IMG/VR virus record: IMGVR_UViG_3300016469_000686
Coordinates: 1-30,641 of that record
Length of the DNA: 30,641 nt
Strand: one strand, 5' to 3'
Origin: a virus
Taxonomy: Duplodnaviria > Caudoviricetes
The notes under the pieces are model-generated. The model was not told where the DNA came from and did not search any database. It saw nothing but the letters and a program-made list of their open reading frames with translations. Below are positions 15,956 to 24,653 of the stretch, in pieces (the stretch's first letter is position 1; the number at the start of each line of letters is the position of its first letter). A program made the position numbers and the translations under genes.

Positions 15956-17200
15956 TCAAGGCACCCGTACCACGGCGCTGCCGGTGGTGATCGTCGCTGG
16001 GATGGGGATCCCCGGAGGTTCGACAACGGCCTTCCAGGGCTGACCTCCCAAGATCCCTGTGAGACCCACGCCTGGAGGGATGTTGACCAGCAAGTTGTCC
16101 CCCACGGCGGCGACCCCTCGATTGCCGGAAGCCAGCTCGACCACATCCCCCTTGATACGCGTCGTCCCCCCGCTTGTGCCGAAGCTCGCCCCCTCGGAGG
16201 CGAGGAGCTGGATCTGCTTGGCCTCGATCACCACCAGATCGGAGGCCTTGATGCGCAGGGACTTGAAGGCCCGAATCACCAGGCTTCGAGCCAGCCGCAC
16301 CATGAGGTTACCGGCGCGGTCGAGGAACATGCGGAAGTAGCTGCGCTTGGCTGCGTCGGAGGGGTTGGTAGCAAGCGCGTCGTCCGAGAAGGCTTCGGGA
16401 GACGCAGCCACCTCCCACACAATGGGCTCCGACCCGATCCCCTCGGCCGCCAGCTGCTCGGTCGCACCCAAGGGGGCAGGGGGCTCCGGCAGAGGAAAGG
16501 GCACCTTGCCGCAGCCGAAACGGAGGTCGGCCCCTTTGGACTGCTCGAAGACCCGCTGCATCTGCTGGGAGGAAACGCCGCGCTGCCCGCTGTCCTTCGT
16601 CTCTGCCGCCAGAAGAGAAGCCCCTCCGGGCCAGAGCGTGCGCTTGCCCAGAAAGCTCTGGATGATGGTCCCGTCGATGAAGAAGAGAAGGCGGGCCAGC
16701 TTGCCGGCTCTTGCCTCCAGGACCCCCCCAGCATGGTGGCGGATCTCTGTGTCCGAGACGCTGCGCCAAACTTGCCCCCCTCCCTCCGTCGGAGCGCGGT
16801 TGCTGCTGAAGTCCGGGCCAGGCACCCGGTCCCGTCCCGCCTTCCCTTCGTCGACCCTCTCTTCGGAGGCTACCCCGGTGGAAACAGCCTGACCGGAAGG
16901 GATGGAGCGCAGTCCTGGCAGAAAGCCGATCACGAAGGGGCTGGACGTGTCCCCTGGGACGGCGAGCACGCAGATCGCTCCCTCTTCCGGCTGTGCAAAG
17001 AACCCCGCTCCGTTGGTCGGGTGAAGGTACGGGGTCATCACAGGCACCCGCTGGAAGTACCGCCGATCGAAGAGGGAGGACACGTCCGCGGTCCACTCTT
17101 CGGGATACACCCGATCGATCTTCCCGCGAAGCAGGCGGACGGGCACATCTCCGTCCAGCTTGATCGGAGAGTCCTGGTTGGGGTTGGCGCTGTTGTTCAC
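15956..17200 (-). CDS. Putative baseplate spike (gp5/gpV-like) with PAAR-like C-terminus
   Basis: N-terminal OB-fold-like GKI.RV....V...G.G....PEEGA.CVL....PFVIGF; beta-strand repeats LRIKASDLVVIEAKQIQL; tail VAAVGD...ATITTGSAVVRV. Confidence 0.6.
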   Translation of the reverse strand: MNNSANPNQDSPIKLDGDVPVRLLRGKIDRVYPEEWTADVSSLFDRRYFQRVPVMTPYLHPTNGAGFFAQPEEGAICVLAVPGDTSSPFVIGFLPGLRSIPSGQAVSTGVASEERVDEGKAGRDRVPGPDFSSNRAPTEGGGQVWRSVSDTEIRHHAGGVLEARAGKLARLLFFIDGTIIQSFLGKRTLWPGGASLLAAETKDSGQRGVSSQQMQRVFEQSKGADLRFGCGKVPFPLPEPPAPLGATEQLAAEGIGSEPIVWEVAASPEAFSDDALATNPSDAAKRSYFRMFLDRAGNLMVRLARSLVIRAFKSLRIKASDLVVIEAKQIQLLASEGASFGTSGGTTRIKGDVVELASGNRGVAAVGDNLLVNIPPGVGLTGILGGQPWKAVVEPPGIPIPATITTGSAVVRVP

Positions 17201-17214
17201 AGCGACAGAGCCTA

Positions 17215-20200
17215 TCAGTAGAAGGTCGGACCTGCTTTCGACTTTTTCGGATCCTGGCTCGGCTTACCGAACTCCGCCCCGTACATCAGACCAGGGATCG
17301 GATGACGGCCGTGGATGTCGGACTTCCAGCCCTGGGCCGCTCCCTCCATCAAGGTGTGGCGGAGCCGCTGGTGGTTCAGGCGAGCCATGAAGTCCTCCGT
17401 CATCTCCAGCGGCAAGACGTTCACGCCCTTGAGGATGGGTTCGTGCTGGATGGGGGTCAGCTTCATCGCCATCCGTTCTCGGTTGATCCTCTCCACCTCC
17501 TTCCTCGGGTAGTGCTGGCCTCGGAGAAGGTCTGGATGATCCTTTGGATCCTCGATGCGGGTCAGGTTGCCCATGCCGCGTACGAGCGTCTCTACCGCCC
17601 TGCGACGTACCCCTTCGTCCTTGTAGATCTCGTGAATCTCGTCGGCCAACACCTCCTGCACCTTGTCCATCGAGCGGGTGGCTTCGTAGTAGCGGTGTGG
17701 GTTCAGCAAGGTGCGGTTCGGGTCTGTGAGGAACTGGCCCGGATCCACGTGGGTGCCCACCTCGACGGGCTTCCAGGGCTTCTTGTAGAAGAACCCCTCC
17801 AGCGGCTTGTGGAGGTCGTGCCCGTTGGCGTCACGGCCCACGAAGTGGGGCTGGCCGGCGATCCAGATCTTGCTGCCTGTCGGCGTGGACTCGATCTTCT
17901 CCACCTTCCCGCTCACCTTCGCATGGACGGCGGCGTTGGGGATGGTGTCCGGCAGATAGGTCAGCTGCTCCAGGCGTCCGAAGGCGCCGAGAGCTCCGCC
18001 CCCGGCGGAGGCGACGCCGCCCGCGTGGAACGCCTTGAGCGTGAGCTGAACCGCTCGCTCTCCCACGGCGTGAGCGCTGAGGACGCCGATGTTCGTGCCC
18101 ATCTCGGGGTGCTTGCCGTTGGCATCCAGGCCGTAGCACTTCTGGCACACCCCCTTGTGGGAGTGGCAGTGCAGCGGGGTGCGTACCTGGAGCTCGGCCT
18201 TCGGGTCCAGCTTGCGAATCTGGTCCACCAGATCCCGGGTGAGGAGCTGGCCTGCCGGGAGCTTGAGGTTCGGTAGGTCGAGCGGAGCCATCAGGTGGCG
18301 ATCCACGACGTCCGTGTGGGCTACGGGCAGGCGAATACCTCGGTTGGTACCGCAGTCGTGGGCGTCGATCACCTTGTCCATCGCCACGTTCTGGAGGAGC
18401 TTGGTCATGTAGCCAGGCTCCTGCACCTCCTGCACCTTCTTGATCGCGCCAGCGCGCGCACCGTACTGCTGCACGGTGTAGCCGGTGAGGTCGATGCCCT
18501 CCGCGTAAGACTTGTCCACAGGCACAGGGATCATGCGGCCCTTGGAGTCCACCATGACCATCGGGGCCAGGAGGATCTGCTTGTACTGGGTCTGGCTGGG
18601 CTTGATGCCTGCATCCTTCATCGCCTTGAGGGCGTTGAACTTGCCCTTGCTCAGTTCTTCGTGGCGCTTCTGGATCTCGTGATCCGCCTTGAGGTAGGTC
18701 TCGACCGCCAGCCGATCCTTCTCTACCTGGGGCAAGTCGCGCGCCCGGATCTTGTCCACCTGCTGATGGGCTTGCTGTAGGACCGGGTCGCGGGCCTGCT
18801 TATCCGTGACGAAGTCCGCCATGCTGAACGAGTGCGCTCCGATGGAGAGCTTGCCAGCGGGGTGGAGCGGGTGGCTGATGATGCCTGTGGAGGCGTCGTA
18901 GCCCAGGTCCTTCCAGTGGTCGGCGAAGGGGGCAAACGCGTTCGCATCCTTCTTGCCGACATCCGAGAGGACCTTACGGATCCCCCCGCCGTTCAGGTTC
19001 ATAGAAAAGTCGGTGAGGATCTTGTGCTGGATGAACTCAGGCGCCTTGGCCGCCAGCAGGATTCGGCCCGGGGTGGTGGTGATCGCGCCCACCTGAATCT
19101 GGTCACTGACCTTCAGCTTGCCGTGGCCCAGCGCGATGACAGCTTCTTGCTGGGTCTTGAACGAGTGGGAGGTCTTATCGCCAACCAGGCTCAGACGATG
19201 CAGCCCGAGCTGAGCCTCCATCGAAGGCGAGTAGGCGACCCCGCCGGTGCTCTCGGAGAAGATGTTCTTCGAGGGCAGCATCCGGTGCGCGTCCCTCTTC
19301 GCCTCCTCCGAGAGGACCGGCTGGACAGACATCGTGTCCCAGACCACGTGGCCGGAGTCGAGCGTGAAGTTCTTCGCGCTCTCGACGGTGAGGTCGTACA
19401 TGGTCACGGCTTCGCCGGACATGGTTGCGGAGACCACCCTCTCCCAGAACAGCGTCCTGCTGGACATGAGGTTGAGCCAGTTCAGGAAGTAGCGGCTACC
19501 CGAGCACTCCCGCAGCGCATGCAGGTTGGAGAAGAGCCAGCGGCGAGTCGCCCTCTTTCCGGGGCGGAGGCTCGGAGGGATCTCCTCCTGGATCCACGTG
19601 GGGCACGGGATCTCCTCGTCTGGCATCTGGTCGTGCTGAATCTTTCCGGACCTCGGGACGCGGAACCAGTCGTTCTCCTCATCACGCATGTCGATCAGAG
19701 ACAGGGCGACGGTCTTCTCGTTCAAGACCACGGCGTTCATCCCCACGCTGCGCAGCAAGGCGATGAGTGCTTTCGGGTGCGCGCACGAGGTGACTGTCGC
19801 ATCCTTCAGGTTCAGGCGGCGGCGCATGTAGCCGACGACCACTCCCCGCCGGTACCCGATCGGCAAAGAGAGCGCGCTGAGCATCGCCCCCTCGGAAGAG
19901 ATGTGGGGGTCGAGCTCGTCCTCCCCCTCGTTCCGGTCGTGAGCCGGACACCTGTCCTGCCCCGCCACCCAGGATCCGACCCGCTTACCGAGGGCGAAGT
20001 CGGCCACGAGCTCCTCGCTCCCGTTGAAGCGGACGTGGCTGTGCAGATGCTCCTGCATCTTGCCGGCAATCGGGACGTAGCGCCCTACCGAGCCGCGAGG
20101 AGAGGCTTCGACGGTCTTGAGGAAGTGGTCGTCGAACAGGGTGAGGCTGTGGTCCTCGCTGCACCGAATCTCCGTACCGAGCGACAGGGTGACCACCCAC

Positions 20201-23200
20201 TCCTTGCAGCGGAAGTGCACGGAGTACTCGGTCACCCGATGGAACGTCACAGCCCCGCCGATCTCTCCGATCACGAAAGTATCTTCGGGGACGCCGTAGC
20301 ACTCGACCTTGGAGGTCGTAGAGGTCTTCTCCGTCCGCGGGAAGTCGGCGAGGTCCACGACCCGGATCCCCTCCGGATCCTTCACAAACACCTTGCCGAG
20401 GCAAGAGTCGCCGTCGAAGTCCGCGTTGAACCCGCCGGTGACGAGAGGGTGGATACGGATTGCCTTGCCCTCGACCATCTTCGGCTTGAACGCTTGAACT
20501 CCGTACTTCCACAGAACCGGGTCGCGCTTGGCGATCACGAGCTCGTTCTGGAGGACTGTCTGGAGCGCCGTGTCGACACCGGAATCTTTCCTGCCCTTGT
20601 GCACGTCGCTCAGAAGCTGCTGGGCGGCCCCCTCGTCCCGGGCCAGTCCCTGCACCACCAGCTGCCGGACCATCTGCGGCCGGAACACGGTCAGGGCCAT
20701 GTCCTTCGGGATGCCGATCTCGTCGAGCTTCAGCTTGGGCTCGGGGATGATGGTGGACCGGGCGCTCGGCTCTTGTCGCCGAGCGAGGAGCCCCTTCTGC
20801 GCGAAGCCGGACTTCGGGCTCGTGCCGGAAATGATGTGAAGGGCTCCCTTGTCCTTCGCCCCTTCGGGGAGGGCCATGGTCCCGAAGATGTTGGACACGC
20901 TCTCGTACAGGTTCTCCCGGTAAGGGCCCAGCGTCGCCGCTGGGAGCATCTTGTTGAGCGGGTTGGACAGGTTCTTGTTCATCTGCCCGAACTTCACGTA
21001 GAGCCCGTTGATGCCCTCGTAGTGCAGCGAGCCGTCCTCCATGCCGGTCAAGGGGCGAATCTTCGGAGGCAAGATGGGCAGATTGTGGAGGATGTAGGCC
21101 TCGTCTGGCTTCATCCCCATCTGGTCGAGGGCCTTGAGGTAGCGAGCCTTCTTGTACAGAGGCTGGAGCTGAGTGGGCTTGGCCTTGGACAGCTCGTCCT
21201 TCGTCCTCTCCAGCTCCTTCTTCACGTCGATCTTGCTCAGCAAGGCCTTGAAGGCGTGACCGCCCACCAAGCCCTTCGCGCCGTCCTGGAGCTTGCCGGT
21301 GATCGGGTCGACCGACTTCTTGCCGTGCAGCAGGGCGGAGAACGTGTCCTGGCTGATGCCGAGGATCTTCTTGATGGGCTCTTCAAAGACGGGGTGAGGG
21401 ATCGGCTCTGCGAGCTTCACATGACCCCAGTTGATCCCTCCGTGCCCTCCCATCACCTTTTCGTCGAACAGACCGCCCTTGATCGGCTTGAAAACGCCGT
21501 TCTCGTCCTGCTTCGCATGAACGACGGCCACGGGGTCAACCACCTCCCCCTTGGACATGTTCAGGATGTGCTTGTCCGTGAGCGGCGAGAGGAGGAACTC
21601 GTCTCCCTTCTTCTCGACGTTGATGCCTGCACCCTTGATGAGCTCGGTGAAGCGGTGGAAGGCGAAGGTGGGCTTCGGAGGGGGTAGCGGCTGCCCTGTC
21701 TGAATGGCGCGCCACACTTCGTTGTGCTGAGACTTCCAGCGCTTGAACTCGTTGGTCTCCGGGTCCTCGCCCTCGCTCTTGAAGGTCATGCTCTCACGGA
21801 GAACACCCTTCGCCCCGTGCGCGAGTAGGCCGTACATGCCGAGCTGACCCCAGCTCTGCCCGCCGGTGCCGTCTCCGCTGGCGGGCTGGAGGGTGGTCGG
21901 GTCGTACCTCTCCCCGCTCGGCAGCTTGGGGAGGCTCATGCCGGAGCGGGCAGACTCCTTCTTCGAGACCTGGTGCACCAGCTTGAGGAAGTGAATGGGG
22001 CCCGTCAGGACCTTTCCGTAGGAGAGGCCGGTCTTCGGGTCGATCAGCTCTTCGGTGTCGGAGACGTTGTGCTTCTTGAGCAGATCGTTGACGTGAGCCG
22101 ACCAATCTTTCACCTTCGGGTCGAAGTTCTCGACCACGAACGGCTGGCCAGTCTTCTGGGCGATCTTCCCGGTCATCGCCTCGTAGATCTGGCCCATGTT
22201 CATGCGCCCGCCGAGCCCGGCGGGCTGGAAGATGATGTCGACTGGAGCCCCCTCCTTCGATCGAGGAGCCTCCTTGTCCGGGATGATGCGGGTGACGATG
22301 CCCTTTCCGCCCGCACGGTTCGAGAGCTTGTCACCGACGATCAGAGGCTCGATGGCCCGGACGTGGACGTGGACTCCGTCTTCGTTCCGGTGAACGGCCA
22401 CCACCTCACCTTCCACGTCACCCTCCCACTTCACCGACTTGTCGAGGTGCGAGTTGGTGAGGCTCTTGCGGATAGCAGCGATGCCGGTCCGGTCCTTGAT
22501 CTGGTACGGCTGAAGGGCGACGACGAGCGGGTCTCCGGGCCGGACCTTGGAACCGATCTTGGCTACGCCCGTGGAGTCGATGTGGCTGTACTGCTTCTCC
22601 GTGAAGGTCAGAGGATTCACGCTCTGAAACTTCTTCACGTCGAAGACGAGCTGATCGTTCGCCGGCAGGGTGTGCTTGTGCAGGTGGACGCTGCTCAGCT
22701 TCTTGGCCGCCGACTCGGTGACGACGATGCCGTCCTCAAAGTTGAGCCCGTGGTAGCTCATGAACGCCACCTTGAGGTTCTTGCCAAGCGCAAGCACCCC
22801 CTCCTTCGTGTAGTTGTTGTCCGCGACAACCTGGCCTGGCCGCACCATATCGCCAGGCTTCACAAGGGGGGTGGAGTGAAGGACGCTCTTGGAGTCGTTG
22901 GTCGGGTAGTGGTCGTACAGAGAGACGCGGTGAATCTTGCCGGTCTTGTCTTCGACCGTGACGTACTTGGAGTCGACGCTCTTCACGCGCCCCTCGACCG
23001 GAGACATGTGCGAGGTCTGGTGACCCACCAACTTCTCGAAGGTTCCGATGTGCGTATCTCCGGGGGTTTTGGTCTGGACCAGGGGGGCGTCCCGATCGAG
23101 CAGAGAGATGGCCTGCTCCATGTGCTTGGAGGCGTAAGTGACGCGACCTCCGGAGTTGTTTCCCAGGAAGGGGACGAGGTTCGGCGTGATGTTGAACAGC

Positions 23201-24645
23201 TGGGTGGGGCTCTTCAGCACGTACTCTGCCTGGCTGAAGGGGATCTGGGTGATCGAGTTCTTCTCCCCCAGAGCTTTGACGTTGGCGGAGAGAGGGACGG
23301 GCTTGCCGTTCTTGAACTCCACTTGGTCGGCCATCACCACCTTGGAGCGCATGAATGCGACCGGATCGAGGTAGACCGTCTTCCCCTCTTTGATCGAGTA
23401 GACGGGCATCATCGGCTGGTCGCCCACCTTCTTGACTCCGAGCGCCAGGCGCAGAGAAATGCCGGTGCTTCCGCCCTCCGGGGTGACCAGCGGATCGATG
23501 GTTCCGATCTGGCTGGGGTGGATGAGCTTCGCGTCGTCGGTGACCTGCGTCTCGCTCTTGATTCCCCCGGGCCCCATGATCGTCGTCTGGAGGGCGCTGG
23601 AGAGCATGTCGAGCGGGTTGATCTGCTTGGCAGGGTTGGCCAGAGAGCTTTGGAAGAGCTTGCGCACGCTCTCGTTGAACTGGCCGGGCCGCAGGGCGTA
23701 GCGCATGTCGGGGAGCTCCCCCCGATTCAGCTGACGCTGAACCTTCGCCCCTACCGTCTTGCCGGCCTGGATGATCTGGTCCGCCAGGAGCTCTCCAGGG
23801 GCGCGCAGGGTCTTGAACTCAAGAGAATCTCGGTCGTCTTCTGGGTGGCCCGCCTGGACCTTGAGGAGCTTGTCTGTGGCGCGGAGCATGAGATCGCCAT
23901 CCACGTGGCCGATCTCTTTGCCCAAGGTGGCCTTGGCCACTTCGGGCCGAATAACCGACTCGCGCATGACCTGCTGAAGGTGGCCCTTGAGGCGGTCCGG
24001 ATCCGCGGGCGGCTCCTTGCCGTTCGTGCTGGTGCGAAAGAACTGGGCGAGGGCGCCGGTCTGGCGGCGACCTTCTGCGTTGGCCTTGAAGATCGAGTCA
24101 CCCCAGGTACGGCGCATCTCTTCGTCCGTGACGCCCATCGCTTTCAGCATGGGGTACGCGGGTAGATTCGCTTTCTTGTACTCCATGGTGAAGAGCTGAG
24201 ACTCCGGGTCGAGTTTCAGCTTGAAGCTCGCACGATGGGTGACGTTGAAGCGGGTCTCCAGCTCGCCGTTCTGCTGGCGGCGCGTGTACACACCAGGCTT
24301 CAGCTGCCACTGATTGGAGATCTGGTGCTCCTGACCTTCGTAGATGAAGGACATCCGCTTCGTCATCGCGGGGATGTCCATCAGCCGCATCTTGCGGGTC
24401 TCCAGCACCTTTCCTGTGGCGTCCTTGCGCTCCACGATCGCGTGAACGGGGGTGGCCCAGCTCTTCTTGCCTAGCTTGGCTTCGTGCTGACCGTGCAAGT
24501 CTTCCGGGTCCAGCATGGGGACCGGCAGGACCTCTTTCAGATGCAAGGACTCCTTGATGCCCACGATAGGGAAAACCTGCCGCAGAGCGCCGGTGACTTG
24601 CTCCTGGAGGTGCTGGTGGGCTTCGTGTGGATCGAGGTAGGCCAT
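17215..24645 (-). CDS. rpoBC: Fused beta-beta' DNA-directed RNA polymerase (2476 aa; about 2119 aa after intein removal)
   Basis: Beta motifs in order (DIP.MT, GPGG, TPEG, NFEDGI, GDKLSNRAGGKG, RMNMGQ, LKLVH, GGQ) then beta' motifs (GLFDEKVMG, GHVKLAEP, LPILPPKIRP, RDPVL, NADFDGD, GAR.G..GYMTK.L, DCGT, CQKCYG, QLTLKAFHAGG). Likely start ATG 24645. Confidence 0.95.
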   Translation of the reverse strand: MAYLDPHEAHQHLQEQVTGALRQVFPIVGIKESLHLKEVLPVPMLDPEDLHGQHEAKLGKKSWATPVHAIVERKDATGKVLETRKMRLMDIPAMTKRMSFIYEGQEHQISNQWQLKPGVYTRRQQNGELETRFNVTHRASFKLKLDPESQLFTMEYKKANLPAYPMLKAMGVTDEEMRRTWGDSIFKANAEGRRQTGALAQFFRTSTNGKEPPADPDRLKGHLQQVMRESVIRPEVAKATLGKEIGHVDGDLMLRATDKLLKVQAGHPEDDRDSLEFKTLRAPGELLADQIIQAGKTVGAKVQRQLNRGELPDMRYALRPGQFNESVRKLFQSSLANPAKQINPLDMLSSALQTTIMGPGGIKSETQVTDDAKLIHPSQIGTIDPLVTPEGGSTGISLRLALGVKKVGDQPMMPVYSIKEGKTVYLDPVAFMRSKVVMADQVEFKNGKPVPLSANVKALGEKNSITQIPFSQAEYVLKSPTQLFNITPNLVPFLGNNSGGRVTYASKHMEQAISLLDRDAPLVQTKTPGDTHIGTFEKLVGHQTSHMSPVEGRVKSVDSKYVTVEDKTGKIHRVSLYDHYPTNDSKSVLHSTPLVKPGDMVRPGQVVADNNYTKEGVLALGKNLKVAFMSYHGLNFEDGIVVTESAAKKLSSVHLHKHTLPANDQLVFDVKKFQSVNPLTFTEKQYSHIDSTGVAKIGSKVRPGDPLVVALQPYQIKDRTGIAAIRKSLTNSHLDKSVKWEGDVEGEVVAVHRNEDGVHVHVRAIEPLIVGDKLSNRAGGKGIVTRIIPDKEAPRSKEGAPVDIIFQPAGLGGRMNMGQIYEAMTGKIAQKTGQPFVVENFDPKVKDWSAHVNDLLKKHNVSDTEELIDPKTGLSYGKVLTGPIHFLKLVHQVSKKESARSGMSLPKLPSGERYDPTTLQPASGDGTGGQSWGQLGMYGLLAHGAKGVLRESMTFKSEGEDPETNEFKRWKSQHNEVWRAIQTGQPLPPPKPTFAFHRFTELIKGAGINVEKKGDEFLLSPLTDKHILNMSKGEVVDPVAVVHAKQDENGVFKPIKGGLFDEKVMGGHGGINWGHVKLAEPIPHPVFEEPIKKILGISQDTFSALLHGKKSVDPITGKLQDGAKGLVGGHAFKALLSKIDVKKELERTKDELSKAKPTQLQPLYKKARYLKALDQMGMKPDEAYILHNLPILPPKIRPLTGMEDGSLHYEGINGLYVKFGQMNKNLSNPLNKMLPAATLGPYRENLYESVSNIFGTMALPEGAKDKGALHIISGTSPKSGFAQKGLLARRQEPSARSTIIPEPKLKLDEIGIPKDMALTVFRPQMVRQLVVQGLARDEGAAQQLLSDVHKGRKDSGVDTALQTVLQNELVIAKRDPVLWKYGVQAFKPKMVEGKAIRIHPLVTGGFNADFDGDSCLGKVFVKDPEGIRVVDLADFPRTEKTSTTSKVECYGVPEDTFVIGEIGGAVTFHRVTEYSVHFRCKEWVVTLSLGTEIRCSEDHSLTLFDDHFLKTVEASPRGSVGRYVPIAGKMQEHLHSHVRFNGSEELVADFALGKRVGSWVAGQDRCPAHDRNEGEDELDPHISSEGAMLSALSLPIGYRRGVVVGYMRRRLNLKDATVTSCAHPKALIALLRSVGMNAVVLNEKTVALSLIDMRDEENDWFRVPRSGKIQHDQMPDEEIPCPTWIQEEIPPSLRPGKRATRRWLFSNLHALRECSGSRYFLNWLNLMSSRTLFWERVVSATMSGEAVTMYDLTVESAKNFTLDSGHVVWDTMSVQPVLSEEAKRDAHRMLPSKNIFSESTGGVAYSPSMEAQLGLHRLSLVGDKTSHSFKTQQEAVIALGHGKLKVSDQIQVGAITTTPGRILLAAKAPEFIQHKILTDFSMNLNGGGIRKVLSDVGKKDANAFAPFADHWKDLGYDASTGIISHPLHPAGKLSIGAHSFSMADFVTDKQARDPVLQQAHQQVDKIRARDLPQVEKDRLAVETYLKADHEIQKRHEELSKGKFNALKAMKDAGIKPSQTQYKQILLAPMVMVDSKGRMIPVPVDKSYAEGIDLTGYTVQQYGARAGAIKKVQEVQEPGYMTKLLQNVAMDKVIDAHDCGTNRGIRLPVAHTDVVDRHLMAPLDLPNLKLPAGQLLTRDLVDQIRKLDPKAELQVRTPLHCHSHKGVCQKCYGLDANGKHPEMGTNIGVLSAHAVGERAVQLTLKAFHAGGVASAGGGALGAFGRLEQLTYLPDTIPNAAVHAKVSGKVEKIESTPTGSKIWIAGQPHFVGRDANGHDLHKPLEGFFYKKPWKPVEVGTHVDPGQFLTDPNRTLLNPHRYYEATRSMDKVQEVLADEIHEIYKDEGVRRRAVETLVRGMGNLTRIEDPKDHPDLLRGQHYPRKEVERINRERMAMKLTPIQHEPILKGVNVLPLEMTEDFMARLNHQRLRHTLMEGAAQGWKSDIHGRHPIPGLMYGAEFGKPSQDPKKSKAGPTFY
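19336..20406 (-). mobile_element. Non-canonical intein (357 aa) immediately after NADFDGD
   Basis: Insert starts SCLGKV, has IRCSEDHSL (block B-like) and ends MYDLTVESAKNFTLDSGHVVWD; removal restores NADFDGD-TMSVQPVLS (cf. bacterial NADFDGDQMAVHVPL). Confidence 0.85.
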
Positions 24646-24653
24646 CGCTGCCC

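Noticed and set aside
15315-15959. N-terminal 215 aa of the 886-aa ORF
   Set aside because: Arg/Ala/Gly low-complexity read-through overlapping the more credible 209-aa gene; real start taken as 15314.
6350-24165. Long + strand ORFs (6350..7510, 7144..8172, 8383..11130, 12430..13608, 13701..15329, 18832..21687, 21973..24165)
   Set aside because: Antisense shadows of real minus-strand genes, expected from high-GC codon bias; V/L/G/H/D-rich translations with no motifs.
17215-24645. Host chromosomal rpoBC locus
   Set aside because: No ribosomal protein, nusG or rpsL neighbours; flanked by portal, spike and terminase; many universally conserved bacterial residues are changed.
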